DNA from: a virus
Virus record (IMG/VR): IMGVR_UViG_3300008259_000011
Location: 70,144-134,143 of that record
Reading direction: 5' to 3' (one strand)
DNA length: 64,000 nucleotides
A program made the position numbers and the translations under genes. This document shows, one piece after another, positions 37,107-47,714 of this stretch (its first letter is position 1; every line of letters starts with the position of its first letter). The notes under the pieces are model-generated. The model was not told where the DNA came from, searched no databases, and worked only from the letters and a program-made list of their open reading frames with translations.

Positions 37107-37245
37107 ACAACCTGACGCGTAAAACTTTTGATCTTGCCAAAAGCGTTCAACTGTGGTACCGACTGACGCGTAAAACTTTTGGGGTTGACAAAGTTAGGTA
37201 CTGTCTATCCGGTTATTGATAAACAGTACCTATGTTAGTGATTTA

Positions 37246-37635
37246 TCACACTTTTCGTTCGTAAATGTATGTACATACAGTATCAGGTAGTGGATGTGAC
37301 ATACCATGTGTCACTGCTACTACATCTCGACCTTCTCGTCGTGCGTCTCTTATGTAATTGAATATAGCAGTAGATTCGTGTTCCCATAGATATCTGTAGC
37401 CAGTGCAATTCTGACGACAATGAAACATAACTCCGTTCCGTACATAGCCCCGTTTTATTGCACTACGGTATTGCAGTGTCACACTTTTGATCATGTCTTC
37501 TGTTACACAGTTGTAATAATACAGAGATTTGTTGTATTTGTAGGACGTAGGGTGATAGTGAAACGTGGGTTTGACAGTAGCAGTATCAGTCGCAGTGGCG
37601 GTAGCAGTGGCAGTAGCGGTAGCAGTGGAGTTCAT
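37246..37635 (-). CDS. hypothetical protein with (Thr-Ala)n N-terminus
   Basis: 129 aa ORF. Confidence 0.65.
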   Translation of the reverse strand: MNSTATATATATATATDTATVKPTFHYHPTSYKYNKSLYYYNCVTEDMIKSVTLQYRSAIKRGYVRNGVMFHCRQNCTGYRYLWEHESTAIFNYIRDARREGRDVVAVTHGMSHPLPDTVCTYIYERKV

Positions 37636-37722
37636 ACGGTAGTAGGTAGGATGTGAACCGACGATGAGACCCTACCACGTCCATCAACGGTGTAAACATG
37701 TATTTGCAACTATCTTTGACCA

Positions 37723-37738
37723 TGTTCCACGTGGAACA
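37723..37738. promoter_or_regulatory. parS palindrome (perfect)
   Basis: TGTTCCACGTGGAACA matches the bacterial chromosomal parS consensus. Confidence 0.7.
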
Positions 37739-37876
37739 ACAACCCGACGCGTAAAACTTTGGTGGTTGACCGTATTGACCAACCATGATATTGATTGGGG
37801 AGGGGGTTCGATCTGACGCGTAAAACTTTTGGGGTTGACAAAAGTGAGTGGGGGGTGTACCCCCACCCCTCTCCTA

Positions 37877-38302
37877 CTAGGATATCTTACACACTTGTGG
37901 AGTCAGTTCTCTCCAATTAGACTCTCCACTACGGTATTTCCATTGACCATTGTCAAATAGATATTGATAGTCACACCACCCTTTGTTTCGTGACATCTTG
38001 TATTCAATGTCACTACTGACAGTCTGTTTCTCGTTACCCATCTCATTACGTTCCCGAAAGTAAAACACACAAACATTGTCTTGTGATTTACCAAACGTGT
38101 GAGGTTTATCAGGAGAAGGATCAATTTGTTCTCCCAACGAACTAATGTTACCGTTATCCAGTAACTTGTTGATAATCTCCTTGTTGTTGTAGTGATTCAA
38201 CAGAATCCTACCATTATGTTCAGGATAACCGTCCCAATGACAATAGACATAGGTAACTGTATTATCTTCGTTGACAATACCAATGTGTGAACGAGTTGAC
38301 AT
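37877..38302 (-). CDS. conserved phage hypothetical protein
   Basis: MSTRS.IG...YCHWDGYP..NG motif. Confidence 0.8.
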   Translation of the reverse strand: MSTRSHIGIVNEDNTVTYVYCHWDGYPEHNGRILLNHYNNKEIINKLLDNGNISSLGEQIDPSPDKPHTFGKSQDNVCVFYFRERNEMGNEKQTVSSDIEYKMSRNKGWCDYQYLFDNGQWKYRSGESNWRELTPQVCKIS

Positions 38303-38324
38303 AGTAGTTTAGTAGTGTAATAGT

Positions 38325-38645
38325 TTATTGTGAAATGTAACCGACTCCGAGTTTCAAGAACGGACTGACAATATCAAAGAAAAGGTCCGTGTCAAACGTA
38401 ATCCGACCGTCCAAGTCAAAACCGTACCCTTCCAAGACACGTCGATCAAAACCCACGGTGTCAAGAGTTTTCGAGTGGTAGATTCGGAGACCCCGATACC
38501 CCTCCCAATAGGGTGAGAGGAACAGAAACGTACCATCCTCCAATTTGACATGGAGGACACCTTCATGGGATTCAATCTTGTGAGGGAAACGGTATTCATG
38601 TTGAGTCGATAGGATGTTCTGATAAAGACGGTCCAAGTAGGACAT
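38325..38645 (-). CDS. hypothetical protein
   Basis: ORF after TTGACA promoter. Confidence 0.6.
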   Translation of the reverse strand: MSYLDRLYQNILSTQHEYRFPHKIESHEGVLHVKLEDGTFLFLSPYWEGYRGLRIYHSKTLDTVGFDRRVLEGYGFDLDGRITFDTDLFFDIVSPFLKLGVGYISQ

Positions 38646-38694
38646 GACCCGACACTACAGACCCCCATAGGGTTGTCAAAACTTTTTTCAAAAA

Positions 38695-38710
38695 AGTTCC
38701 ACATGGAACA
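38695..38710. promoter_or_regulatory. parS-like palindrome
   Basis: AGTTCCACATGGAACA. Confidence 0.5.
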
Positions 38711-38904
38711 TCCTCACCGACGCGTAAAACTTATGTTCTTGACACCAACCACGGTTTCTAATCTAGTCCGACGCGTAAAACTTTTGTCCTTGACACCATG
38801 AACCAACCGTGATACTCACCATCACAACTTCTGACGCGTAAAACTTTGAGGGTTGAAAAACTTGTGAGGGTTTATGGTTTACCCCCAACCTTTTGTATTG
38901 ACTT

Positions 38905-39135
38905 TCAGATAATCCCGAGTGCGATCAACGGACTCGGACATCCATGTTCACACGTTCCATCCGGTTCCACTTCACAACCTTCCGTGCAACAAGCCGGAAC
39001 CACGCTGTCATCACAAGCCTCTGTGATGAACTCGGTTACGTCGTCGTACCCATAACTCTTGGCCAGTTTGGACAGTTTGATACGATACGGGTTGGACTTC
39101 TCAACACGCTTTACAATGTCGTTCAAGTTGCTCAT
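38905..39135 (-). CDS. small Cys-rich protein
   Basis: CC...CEVEPDG.CEHGCPS. Confidence 0.65.
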   Translation of the reverse strand: MSNLNDIVKRVEKSNPYRIKLSKLAKSYGYDDVTEFITEACDDSVVPACCTEGCEVEPDGTCEHGCPSPLIALGII

Positions 39136-39433
39136 GTCGATGTTTAGGTTAGTTGGTTCAGTACAGTTGTCAATCCACAATCAAAAACTTTTTGCGTCCA
39201 ATCCTCGCCACTTCATCCAACGCTTCAGCGTTCCATTCTCCGTTGAACTGTTTGGCCTGCCATCGAATCACCTTGGCCACGGCTGCAATCGTCGTGTGAA
39301 CGGGTTTGAAGTGCGCGGTGAATAGGTTAGGTGGTTTTAGAACAAAGTCAATGGGTAGTTTGGCAAAAAGAGAGAGGGGGGTGGTGGTACTCCTCTAGTG
39401 GGGGTGGGCATCCACCCCTCTCTCTATGGTGAG

Positions 39434-39661
39434 TCAAGTCACATAACACGGTAGTGGTTTTCCATCGATTTCAACAATGATGACACCAGAACCACCATCA
39501 TGTTTGGCCTGTTCCTTGGATTCCTTGGCCTCCGCTTCGGTGGCATCACGAAGGAAACTGCCGTCAAAATAAGCGTGCAGTTTCAACGTGTCAATGTCGG
39601 TTGGGATTTCATCGTAGAGTTCCCGATAATCCTGTCGGATAAGGTCGTAGAGTTCGTTCAT
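39434..39661 (-). CDS. hypothetical protein
   Basis: ORF; start uncertain. Confidence 0.55.
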   Translation of the reverse strand: MNELYDLIRQDYRELYDEIPTDIDTLKLHAYFDGSFLRDATEAEAKESKEQAKHDGGSGVIIVEIDGKPLPCYVT

Positions 39662-39680
39662 AACGGTGATGAAACTAGGA

Positions 39681-40025
39681 TCAACCGGCCCAGATGTCAA
39701 TCCACCTTTTTGCGTTTTTCAACTTTTTTTCGGTGGGAAAACCGATTGACATACTCTTCATTTCAGGAATGAAGTTGAAGATCGTTTCACTCCAAACTTC
39801 CCTTTCAAGGGCATAAACCAGTCCATGAGTCCTGTCAAAGTAAGTGCAGTTGCCATTGCAATCCCTGAAAACCACACCCTTGTAACTCTTGTTAGCGTTA
39901 CGAAAGAATCCAACCGGAACGTAGGTTGCGTTACGCTGACACAAATCGTCTCCGGTGAAATCACGATACAGGTCCACACCTTCAACCGACTTGTCCTTGC
40001 GAATCTTCAATGAAGCCGTTTTCAT
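39681..40025 (-). CDS. hypothetical protein
   Basis: likely start MKTASLK. Confidence 0.55.
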   Translation of the reverse strand: MKTASLKIRKDKSVEGVDLYRDFTGDDLCQRNATYVPVGFFRNANKSYKGVVFRDCNGNCTYFDRTHGLVYALEREVWSETIFNFIPEMKSMSIGFPTEKKLKNAKRWIDIWAG

Positions 40026-40391
40026 TGGACTCAATCTATCAGAACTGTCACCACCGTCAAAACTTTTTTCAAACTTTCTCACCAACCCGACGCGTAAAAA
40101 TAATAACCTCGACAACCACCACGATTTAGTATCCATCACCACCGACGCGTAAAACTTATGGGTTTGACTTTTTCTAAAAAACCACGCTTAAAGCGCTTGC
40201 TTATGCTTATTGCTTGATATTATCTAAAAGATTAGAGAAGCTTGATTTTGTTTGTTGAACTTGACTGCGCATCATGCGCTTGTTGCGCTAATAGGTAGTT
40301 TTAGAAAAAGTCAAGTAATTATTTTATTTTAGAGATAATAGTAGATACAGTTAGGGGCTTGTTGCGCTGACCCCAAGCGTAGCGCTTACAA

Positions 40392-40715
40392 TCAAAAAGG
40401 CTGATTGTCAACACTATTCGTATTTTTATCTGCATCAGTAGCAATACGATACAGAATCGTAGGCTTGCCACGAACGCTCTTGCGAGTGCCACAGATAACC
40501 ATAAGGCCAAGTCTCACTTGATCCTTGACGTAGTGGTAAATGGTCGCATGAGACACAGGCTTATTCATGGCCATGGCTTCGTTGATGCTCCATTCTCCGG
40601 AACCAAAGATCAGCGTGCTTCGATCAATGATGCGTCCACGGCGCTTTGGCGTTGCGGTTTCGATAGACGTTTCAGTGGTTGCGGTTTCAGCTGCGGTTTC
40701 AATGGTGTTTTCCAT
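40392..40715 (-). CDS. small winged-helix-like DNA-binding protein
   Basis: basic; SHATIY..V, RGKPT.LY. Confidence 0.5.
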   Translation of the reverse strand: MENTIETAAETATTETSIETATPKRRGRIIDRSTLIFGSGEWSINEAMAMNKPVSHATIYHYVKDQVRLGLMVICGTRKSVRGKPTILYRIATDADKNTNSVDNQPF

Positions 40716-40756
40716 AGAGTCTTTAGAATAACTGGTTATTTTAGGTTGTCAACGGT

Positions 40757-41020
40757 TCAATCAAACGAATTGTTTGATCCAAAGCTCACCTGATATTCAT
40801 GGTAATACCTTGAATCATAGGTGTGGTCATCGCACTCCTCTCCTACTGGAGGGGGTGGAAACACTTCAGAGTGAATCTGCTCCAGCAGGTCCATCTTGTC
40901 TTGGTAAGCCCTCTCCATATCGGGAGAGAGCGGTGGAAGTAGCGCCACATACGCGGATAGCTCTTCCAGAAATTGCAAGTCTGCAATTCGTGTTAGTTCA
41001 TCATCTGTTAGTTCTTCCAT
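40757..41020 (-). CDS. hypothetical protein
   Basis: 87 aa ORF coupled to upstream gene. Confidence 0.55.
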   Translation of the reverse strand: MEELTDDELTRIADLQFLEELSAYVALLPPLSPDMERAYQDKMDLLEQIHSEVFPPPPVGEECDDHTYDSRYYHEYQVSFGSNNSFD

Positions 41021-41361
41021 CAGGGTTCCTCATAATAATAGTCAGACGGTTCTGGTTCATCACCGTCACAGTCATCACCGGCTTCATCTGTAATGCTATT
41101 GGCCCAGTCATCCAACATTGTTTCAATCATGGAGTCAATGGTCTTGATCTCCTCGGCAGTCATTCCGGTCTTGTCGTAACTGTAATCCTCAATGGTCACA
41201 TAATCGTGACCACGGTCGAATCCAACAGATCCCCAGTACTCATAGGGACCAATACCATCGTTCTCCCAGTAGTAGGAGAGTGTGACTTCGATTGACGTAA
41301 CATCAGGACGGGAAGCAATTTCAACTTCATCCAGCGTTCGATAGGCAGTGCGTGTGCTCAT
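41020..41361 (-). CDS. very acidic hypothetical protein
   Basis: NDGIG.YEYWG motif, D/E-rich. Confidence 0.7.
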   Translation of the reverse strand: MSTRTAYRTLDEVEIASRPDVTSIEVTLSYYWENDGIGPYEYWGSVGFDRGHDYVTIEDYSYDKTGMTAEEIKTIDSMIETMLDDWANSITDEAGDDCDGDEPEPSDYYYEEP

Positions 41362-41394
41362 AGTTCGTGCAGGTTATCTACAGTTTAGAGAAAG

Positions 41395-41625
41395 TCAAGC
41401 CCCCACCAACACTTTTTCCAAAAGTTTCTGCGCCCCCGTCTTGGTGTTGTTCCATCCCATGAATTGGGTGGCCTCACCGATGCCACGGTGGATGCGCCAT
41501 TCGTTCTTGTCAGTCTTGGTGTCGTGAGGCTTGTAAACGAAGCCAACCTCCACGCCCTCCACATACAACACGTTGAGGTTCGGCAGGCTCGACTGGACAC
41601 GCTTCCAAGCAAACTTGATCTTCAT
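41395..41625 (-). CDS. hypothetical protein
   Basis: ORF after TTGACT promoter. Confidence 0.6.
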   Translation of the reverse strand: MKIKFAWKRVQSSLPNLNVLYVEGVEVGFVYKPHDTKTDKNEWRIHRGIGEATQFMGWNNTKTGAQKLLEKVLVGA

Positions 41626-41667
41626 GGACAAGAGACTAAACGAGTGAATGGTGGAGTCAACAACTTT

Positions 41668-42186
41668 TTAGAAAAAATCACTCTGCTTTCGTGGGGTTGT
41701 CCTGACGTTTGTCAAGCACAAATCGCACATATTCCATCTCGACATTGCCAACCATTGCTCGTATGATGCAAGGTTTGGTCCGTCTAACGTGTAGTGAATA
41801 GGTCCATCGGCATCCAGCGTTACCATATCGTTGTCAATGATAACTCGGATGGCTGGATTGTAGGTGATTGCAACGCTTCGACTGGTGACTGTGGTGTGGC
41901 CATTGTTTGCAACAACGTGGTATGTACCCGCATCACCTTCTAGGAAATAGTCAAGCACAAAAGTGGCGTTAGTTGCACCTGGCAACACTTGACCATCCTT
42001 GAACCATTGATAACTGCATGGTTGGTTGGCTTGACTACGCAACACATACCATGACGCTTCTGTTACTGTGTCAGCGTGTGGTTCCAACGTGAATGTCAAC
42101 GGACGTTCGGTGGATATCCAGACAGACAACGCTAGTGTGATAATCATCATCAGTGCAATCTTCATGCGGTGAAGACTACACTTCAA
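41668..42186 (-). CDS. signal-anchored Ig-like domain protein
   Basis: SYQWFKDG..LPGAT, DAGTYHVVA. Confidence 0.7.
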   Translation of the reverse strand: MKCSLHRMKIALMMIITLALSVWISTERPLTFTLEPHADTVTEASWYVLRSQANQPCSYQWFKDGQVLPGATNATFVLDYFLEGDAGTYHVVANNGHTTVTSRSVAITYNPAIRVIIDNDMVTLDADGPIHYTLDGPNLASYEQWLAMSRWNMCDLCLTNVRTTPRKQSDFF

Positions 42187-42207
42187 AGATGTACCGTCAA
42201 TACCTTT

Positions 42208-42402
42208 TTATTCTTTGTCTTTGGGATCGACGCGTAAAATTGAGACCCACAAAGCGATGACATCACCGATCTTGTCGATGAGCATGGTACAGAAACTTGT
42301 CAAGAGAAAATAAGCGAGGATCATCATCAGTAGCACGCTGAGATAATTGGGGATGCTCTCAAGCATGAACTTGACTAGATCGTTGATGTTTAGAATAATC
42401 AT
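42208..42402 (-). CDS. small membrane protein
   Basis: hydrophobic 64 aa ORF. Confidence 0.5.
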   Translation of the reverse strand: MIILNINDLVKFMLESIPNYLSVLLMMILAYFLLTSFCTMLIDKIGDVIALWVSILRVDPKDKE

Positions 42403-42435
42403 GGTCTCCCAGTGTAACCTAGGAGACCATGTTTG

Positions 42436-42753
42436 TCAAGCAGTGATCTTGACTTTGAGTTGTTCCTGCTTTTCAGGAGGAATGAAACCGATCACTTGAC
42501 GAGAGTACTTTGGCAGTTTCCGATGTGCGATTGCCAGTTGTTTGGCTGTAAGGGATCGACCCTTGAGCAGTTGTTCTGCGAAACTGGAGAGGATTACCGC
42601 ATCCAATCCGTTGAATCCGACACCATTGTTCTCTTTGGTGAGACCGGAACATTGTTCGTCCATGGTCTGGCACTCATAGAGTTTCACGATGGCACGGCAG
42701 GCCCATGCGGGATCCGAGGATAGTTTTTCCTTGACATAATCGACGAGCTTCAT
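42436..42753 (-). CDS. conserved phage hypothetical protein
   Basis: QT.DEQ, N.VGF...DA, KY..Q motifs; likely start MKLVDY. Confidence 0.7.
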   Translation of the reverse strand: MKLVDYVKEKLSSDPAWACRAIVKLYECQTMDEQCSGLTKENNGVGFNGLDAVILSSFAEQLLKGRSLTAKQLAIAHRKLPKYSRQVIGFIPPEKQEQLKVKITA

Positions 42754-43230
42754 GTTAGTCCTTGAGTTTGATGTTGAGAGTGGCACGAAACCGAGCGTAG
42801 TCCCGTGCGACCCGGATGGCATTAGCACGAGCAACACGTTCAGTCAACGACAATCGTTGGTTGATGGAAACCCGAAGGTTGTCCTTGAGATGGTAGCGAG
42901 CAGTAGACTTCATACAGAAGACACAGTAGTTTGGCATTATCGGGAAATCAACAACTCTTTTCAGAAATCTTTGGGTTGGGGGGACGCGTAAAACTTTGAG
43001 CGTTGACTTTGATGGGTGGTTAGTATCTAGGACGACGCGTAAAATCTTTTCCGTTGACAAAGTTGGTCCGGTAGTATCCAGAAACGGTCATAATGCCAAA
43101 CCAATCATTAGATAAAAAAGTTGTAGAATTGTGTGGACTCCGGTGCGACTAGGTGGTAGATTGTACTCGTCAAGTCGGTAATGGATACCGATGAGGACAC
43201 AGAAAACAAAAATTGTAACATAAACTCAAT

Positions 43231-43773
43231 ATGAGCAATACTAATACGATCCTGTTCGGATCATACATCAACAAGAACAAGAACATCAACACCGTCGTTT
43301 CGGCGCCATCCCTGACTCTTGAAAGTCAAATGGCCAATGAACTGAGCGACTTTCGAGCCAAGCTGGGTTTGACTTCCGTTCGTAACGTGTATCCGTGGTG
43401 GACATACACCTTGGCTGCCTTGACCTACTTTCCCAAGGGTCATTATTCTTCACTCATTGACATTGACGCGTTTCTTCAAGATGCGAACATTCGTATTCGT
43501 AATCTTACGAAGCACGCGACTCTGTTGAACAATTCTATCGAAGGACAGGCACCTTCCAAGGTGGCCCGTGAGTACACCGGGAAACTTCCCAAGATGGTCC
43601 GTATGTTGAAGTTGAAGAGTGAACGGATGACGGCCAATCATTACGGCCGTGGCCGGAAACCCATCGGTTTCTCGTATGTCGATCCGGTTGCTGCGAGGGC
43701 TACCCTGTTGGAACAGTACCCCGATACTCTCCATCTCTTCGAGCAGCTTGACTACTTTGTGAAGGGGAACTAA
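43231..43773 (+). CDS. hypothetical protein
   Basis: 180 aa ORF, first gene of plus-strand early block. Confidence 0.7.
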   Translation: MSNTNTILFGSYINKNKNINTVVSAPSLTLESQMANELSDFRAKLGLTSVRNVYPWWTYTLAALTYFPKGHYSSLIDIDAFLQDANIRIRNLTKHATLLNNSIEGQAPSKVAREYTGKLPKMVRMLKLKSERMTANHYGRGRKPIGFSYVDPVAARATLLEQYPDTLHLFEQLDYFVKGN

Positions 43774-43889
43774 ACACCCCTCTCACTATGGTTAGGGGTT
43801 ACCCAAGAAAACCCCGGTACACCTACCCCCAAACTTTTTCTAAAATCCTCTGGACAACCCCTCTCCCACACACTAGAGTCGTCTCCGTT

Positions 43890-44585
43890 ATGCCAAACCA
43901 TACCGCTAACAACTTCACCATCACCGGACCCAAGGATACTGTTCTGGCATTTATCGAACGTGCCAAGGATAAGAATCCCGATGAACTGGACCCTCAACAG
44001 TTGTCGTTCAACTCCCTACTTCCTCTTCCGAAAGAGTTGAAGGGTATTGCAAGTCCCGTGAGGATTATGACCCAAGACCAAATTGATGAAGTCTGGGCTG
44101 TGTGGAACGAACGCAAGAGTCAAGGAAAACTTGGTGCGTTTGAAAAGAACGGTCCCTTTGGATTGGGATTGACAAGGGAGCAGAGTGAGGAACTGATTTC
44201 CAAATACGGCGATTGTGACTGGTACAGCTGGTGCGTCTCTAACTGGGGAACCAAATGGAACTGTTACGACGTTACCGAGTGGAACGTCCATGATAAGGGG
44301 GATGGAACCATGAGTGCGACCATCTACTATGAAACCGCATGGAGTCCTGCCACCATTTTGTGGCTCAAGGTTTCCACAGAGTACCCTGACTGTGAGTTTT
44401 ACCATGAGTTTGCGGATGAGGGTGGCGGTTTCTTGGGTAGTGAGGTTATTCTGAATGGCGGGGTTATTTCGGAGGAAGAGCTTGACTGGAACAGTTCCGA
44501 TGGCATTGAACTGCGTGAAGGACTGGGAAGGTACTGGCCGGGTGAGGAAGAAGAAAACGTGGATGAGGCTCGGGTGAACGAGTAA
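43890..44585 (+). CDS. DUF1281/YubB ferredoxin-like fold protein
   Basis: MPNH..N, WY.W...NWGTKW, ETAWSP. Confidence 0.8.
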   Translation: MPNHTANNFTITGPKDTVLAFIERAKDKNPDELDPQQLSFNSLLPLPKELKGIASPVRIMTQDQIDEVWAVWNERKSQGKLGAFEKNGPFGLGLTREQSEELISKYGDCDWYSWCVSNWGTKWNCYDVTEWNVHDKGDGTMSATIYYETAWSPATILWLKVSTEYPDCEFYHEFADEGGGFLGSEVILNGGVISEEELDWNSSDGIELREGLGRYWPGEEEENVDEARVNE

Positions 44586-44665
44586 AAGTCAAGAACAAAA
44601 AAACCTTGGGGTTAGGTGAAAAAGCCCCTTGACTCTTTCCAATACCCTGATAACTTGAACCCGAC

Positions 44666-45175
44666 ATGAAGATTCGCAAGAACAACATTGTAAAGACCAA
44701 CATCCCTCTGACCGTGGGAGTCTACGACATCAAGACGCTTCCGGTAGGTACTCTCCTACAGGTTTGGAAGACTACCAAGCAAGGTGAACTGTACTGTACG
44801 ACTCTGGACAGGAAACTGTGCAGCCATACCGTTATCACCAACGAAGCGTCTGTTACCAAGGAAGAACAACCGCTTCCCACGGTCAAGGTTGGTGACATCT
44901 TTGTTTCGAGCTGGGGATACGATCAAACCAACATTGATTTTTACAAGGTGTTGAATGTCAAGAACAAAACTGCGATTCTGGCAGAAATCGGTCAGAAACG
45001 TGAGTACACCGGGCACATGAATGGCAGGTGCGTTCCCAATCCTGATGTGGTTGGAAAAAAGACCTTGACAAAACGGATTATGTCGATGCAGGGGTTGCCC
45101 TGTTTCAAGATTACCAATTACGCTTCGGCGTATCCTTGGAGTGGTTTACCCTGTGGATTTTCAGAATGGGCTTGA
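44666..45175 (+). CDS. hypothetical phage protein
   Basis: GDIFVSSWGYDQTNIDFY motif. Confidence 0.75.
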   Translation: MKIRKNNIVKTNIPLTVGVYDIKTLPVGTLLQVWKTTKQGELYCTTLDRKLCSHTVITNEASVTKEEQPLPTVKVGDIFVSSWGYDQTNIDFYKVLNVKNKTAILAEIGQKREYTGHMNGRCVPNPDVVGKKTLTKRIMSMQGLPCFKITNYASAYPWSGLPCGFSEWA

Positions 45176-45209
45176 CAATTTGACTGAATCGTCTAACCTG
45201 TTCCTGACA

Positions 45210-45437
45210 ATGAAAACGACCTTTGTTGACCGTCAAAAGACCACACTCTACAAGTACGAAGTGGACTTCCGTAACAAGACCTACTCGGTGGAATACTTCA
45301 CCGATGGTAGTGGAAAGTGTGTCAAGGTGGACATCCTGAACGAATGGGGTGTGAGTCAGTTTGAAGTGGAAGACGATGACGTACTTTCAGAAATCTTCAA
45401 TGCTGTCAAGTACGAAGTTGACAATTTGGACAGGTAG
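45210..45437 (+). CDS. hypothetical protein
   Basis: likely start MKTTFV. Confidence 0.6.
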   Translation: MKTTFVDRQKTTLYKYEVDFRNKTYSVEYFTDGSGKCVKVDILNEWGVSQFEVEDDDVLSEIFNAVKYEVDNLDR

Positions 45438-45518
45438 GACATAGGGGTGGAAAAGGTTGTGGGTGATCCGTAAAAACCCTCTTGACTTTCTCTAAAACTT
45501 CTCTAAACTGTACACACG

Positions 45519-45824
45519 ATGAATAAAGATAAGATCAAAATTATCCTCGGACTTTTCAGAAACTATCAGGTTTGGATCAATCAAGACTTTTTTTACATTG
45601 ACAATGTAAATGTACACCTCGCTGAGGTTGAGTTTGAACCAAACAACGAAGTGGTGTATCTTTCTTGGGAAGGATCGGACGGTGAAGAATACCGTATCAA
45701 GTTTGATGAATCGGGATTGTCCAACGCCCGTGTCAAAGATGGAAACTTGATTGTCGAAGATACCGAAGGTGATGAAATTGAACTCACCTTCAACAAACTC
45801 ACAAAATACGTTGTTCAACTGTAA
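45519..45824 (+). CDS. acidic hypothetical protein
   Basis: ORF after TTGACT..TAAACT promoter. Confidence 0.65.
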   Translation: MNKDKIKIILGLFRNYQVWINQDFFYIDNVNVHLAEVEFEPNNEVVYLSWEGSDGEEYRIKFDESGLSNARVKDGNLIVEDTEGDEIELTFNKLTKYVVQL

Positions 45825-45870
45825 GAAACCCGTTGACTTTCTCTAAAACTTCCTATACCTTATTTAAACG

Positions 45871-46251
45871 ATGAACATTGAACTTGCCGTGGGTGACAAA
45901 TTCATTCATACTGACATTCTTGGCAAAAAATGGGAGTTAACGTATACTGGAACTCGCCGTGAAGTCAAAGGTTGTGAGTTTGAATTTTTTGTAGATGATA
46001 AAGGTGTTGGTTGTTTCTTTACAGATAGTGAAGTAGCTAAAATGGAGAAGATTACCCCCCAAATGAAAACCTACAAAGTTCCCGTGGTTTGGCAGATGTA
46101 CGGCTACGTTGAAATGCCTGCCAATTCGATTGACGAGGCAGTCAAAAAGGTGGAGAATGGTTACGGCGACGTTCCACTTCCCGCTGACGCTGACTACGTT
46201 GAAGGAAGTTTTGAAATCGACTACGAAGCTGTTGACTTCTCCGCAAACTGA
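45871..46251 (+). CDS. hypothetical protein
   Basis: ORF after TTGACT..TATACC promoter. Confidence 0.65.
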   Translation: MNIELAVGDKFIHTDILGKKWELTYTGTRREVKGCEFEFFVDDKGVGCFFTDSEVAKMEKITPQMKTYKVPVVWQMYGYVEMPANSIDEAVKKVENGYGDVPLPADADYVEGSFEIDYEAVDFSAN

Positions 46252-46595
46252 ACTAGAATGATACCCACGATGAACGAACCGCTTTCATTTTCTGAATGGT
46301 GTTATGAGGTTGATATTGAAACTCAGTATCAACAATTTTATGATGAATATGGTGATGCGGCTTGTTTACTTTGTGAATACAAAGATCGTCATTACCGAGA
46401 ATATTTAGAGAATTTTGAAAAAAGCTGTTGACTTTCTGAAAAAAGCTGATAATCTATTACCACGATGAAGATCAAAGTTACTGACATTGTTTATGACACT
46501 ACTGACAATGAGGAGCTATATCTGAATATGGATCTTCCTACTGAGTTAGTGTTTGACATTGATGGTGATAGTGATGATATTGAGTATGAGATCGT

Positions 46596-46955
46596 TTGAC
46601 ACCGTTGAAACACGCTGAGAGTTCTGTACGACGATGGGGTGGTTCCGTTACCGACTACATCGACCTACATGACTGGTTTGACGAGACCAAAGCCTTTACC
46701 GGAGATTGGACCCATCGAGCGCTTCGGCATCACTCGGCTGGTATTCAATGGGCTGTTGAGAAGTTTGGTCATGTGATTGTCAACAGTAAAGGTAACAATG
46801 TTCCTGTCAAGATGTTGGCGGAGCAGCACGTGGAAGAGGATTGTGGATTTATTCCCACGGTTCAGGATTACCTCAAGGCGTTGTCCAAGAGTCCTGAACC
46901 GTGGATGTTGAAGGTTGGCAAAAAAACTATGACAGCCACCCTAGAAATCGTTTGA
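46596..46955 (+). CDS. DUF6915-like protein
   Basis: P..HA.SS..RWGG, H.WFDETK, HRALRHH..GI, EQHV.EDC. Confidence 0.75.
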   Translation: MTPLKHAESSVRRWGGSVTDYIDLHDWFDETKAFTGDWTHRALRHHSAGIQWAVEKFGHVIVNSKGNNVPVKMLAEQHVEEDCGFIPTVQDYLKALSKSPEPWMLKVGKKTMTATLEIV

Positions 46956-46987
46956 CTTTCGGTAATAAACAACTAGACTAGAAACGT

Positions 46988-47338
46988 ATGGAAATTGAAC
47001 CGCTGAGCAAAGAAATCTACAACAAGGCCAAGGCGTTGGGAATCACCAAGATTGTTCTCAACTTCTCCGGTGGCAGTGATGAGGGTTACCTCAACGTCAC
47101 GTTGTACCCGTGGGACCAAAACAAGTCTGATGAGCACAACAAGTTGAACGCCGAGGTTGAGAACTGGGCGTGGGATGTTTATTCCTACTCTGGCGCTGGT
47201 GATGGTAGTGACTATGGTGATGACATTGAGTACGACCTTGAGAACAACAAGGTTTCGTCTCAAGAGTGGTACACGGCAAGGACCGATGGTGATAGTGCCG
47301 AGATTGACTTGGTTCTTGACGAGAACGAACAAGATTGA
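46988..47338 (+). CDS. DUF6878-like acidic protein
   Basis: FSGGSDEG motif; adjacent to DUF6915-like gene. Confidence 0.6.
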   Translation: MEIEPLSKEIYNKAKALGITKIVLNFSGGSDEGYLNVTLYPWDQNKSDEHNKLNAEVENWAWDVYSYSGAGDGSDYGDDIEYDLENNKVSSQEWYTARTDGDSAEIDLVLDENEQD

Positions 47339-47590
47339 GTGGTAGGGGTTTATTCTCTTCCCCTTCATTATGGGTTTGCGGTTATCCCACCACAAAAAAC
47401 CGTTTGATCTTTGTGGGAGAATATGGAGTATCGTGACACCATAGGTTGCTTTGTGTTTCTACTTTCGTTCCTATGTAATGTTTGGTAATACTTAGCGGTT
47501 CATTTGTTTTTCTCATTTTGCAACGTGGTTACCGCACATATTCTTTTTATCATAGGTTTTTGGTTATCCTATCACAACAAAACCATCTAC

Positions 47591-47667
47591 GGGCCATTAG
47601 CTCAATTGGTTAGAGCAGGGAACTCATAATTCCTTGGTTGTCGGTTCAAGTCCGGCATGGCCCACCA
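47591..47667 (+). tRNA. tRNA with CAT anticodon (Ile2-lysidine or elongator Met)
   Basis: canonical cloverleaf, loop ctCATaa, G1-C72 paired so not initiator. Confidence 0.9.
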
Positions 47668-47714
47668 TTTTTCCCCTTGACTTTCTCTAAAATCCTCCTA
47701 GACTGTACACCGTT

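Noticed and set aside
47340-47590. Third leader attenuator for the CAT tRNA
   Set aside because: No Met/Ile-rich leader with overlapping antiterminator/terminator pair found by eye.
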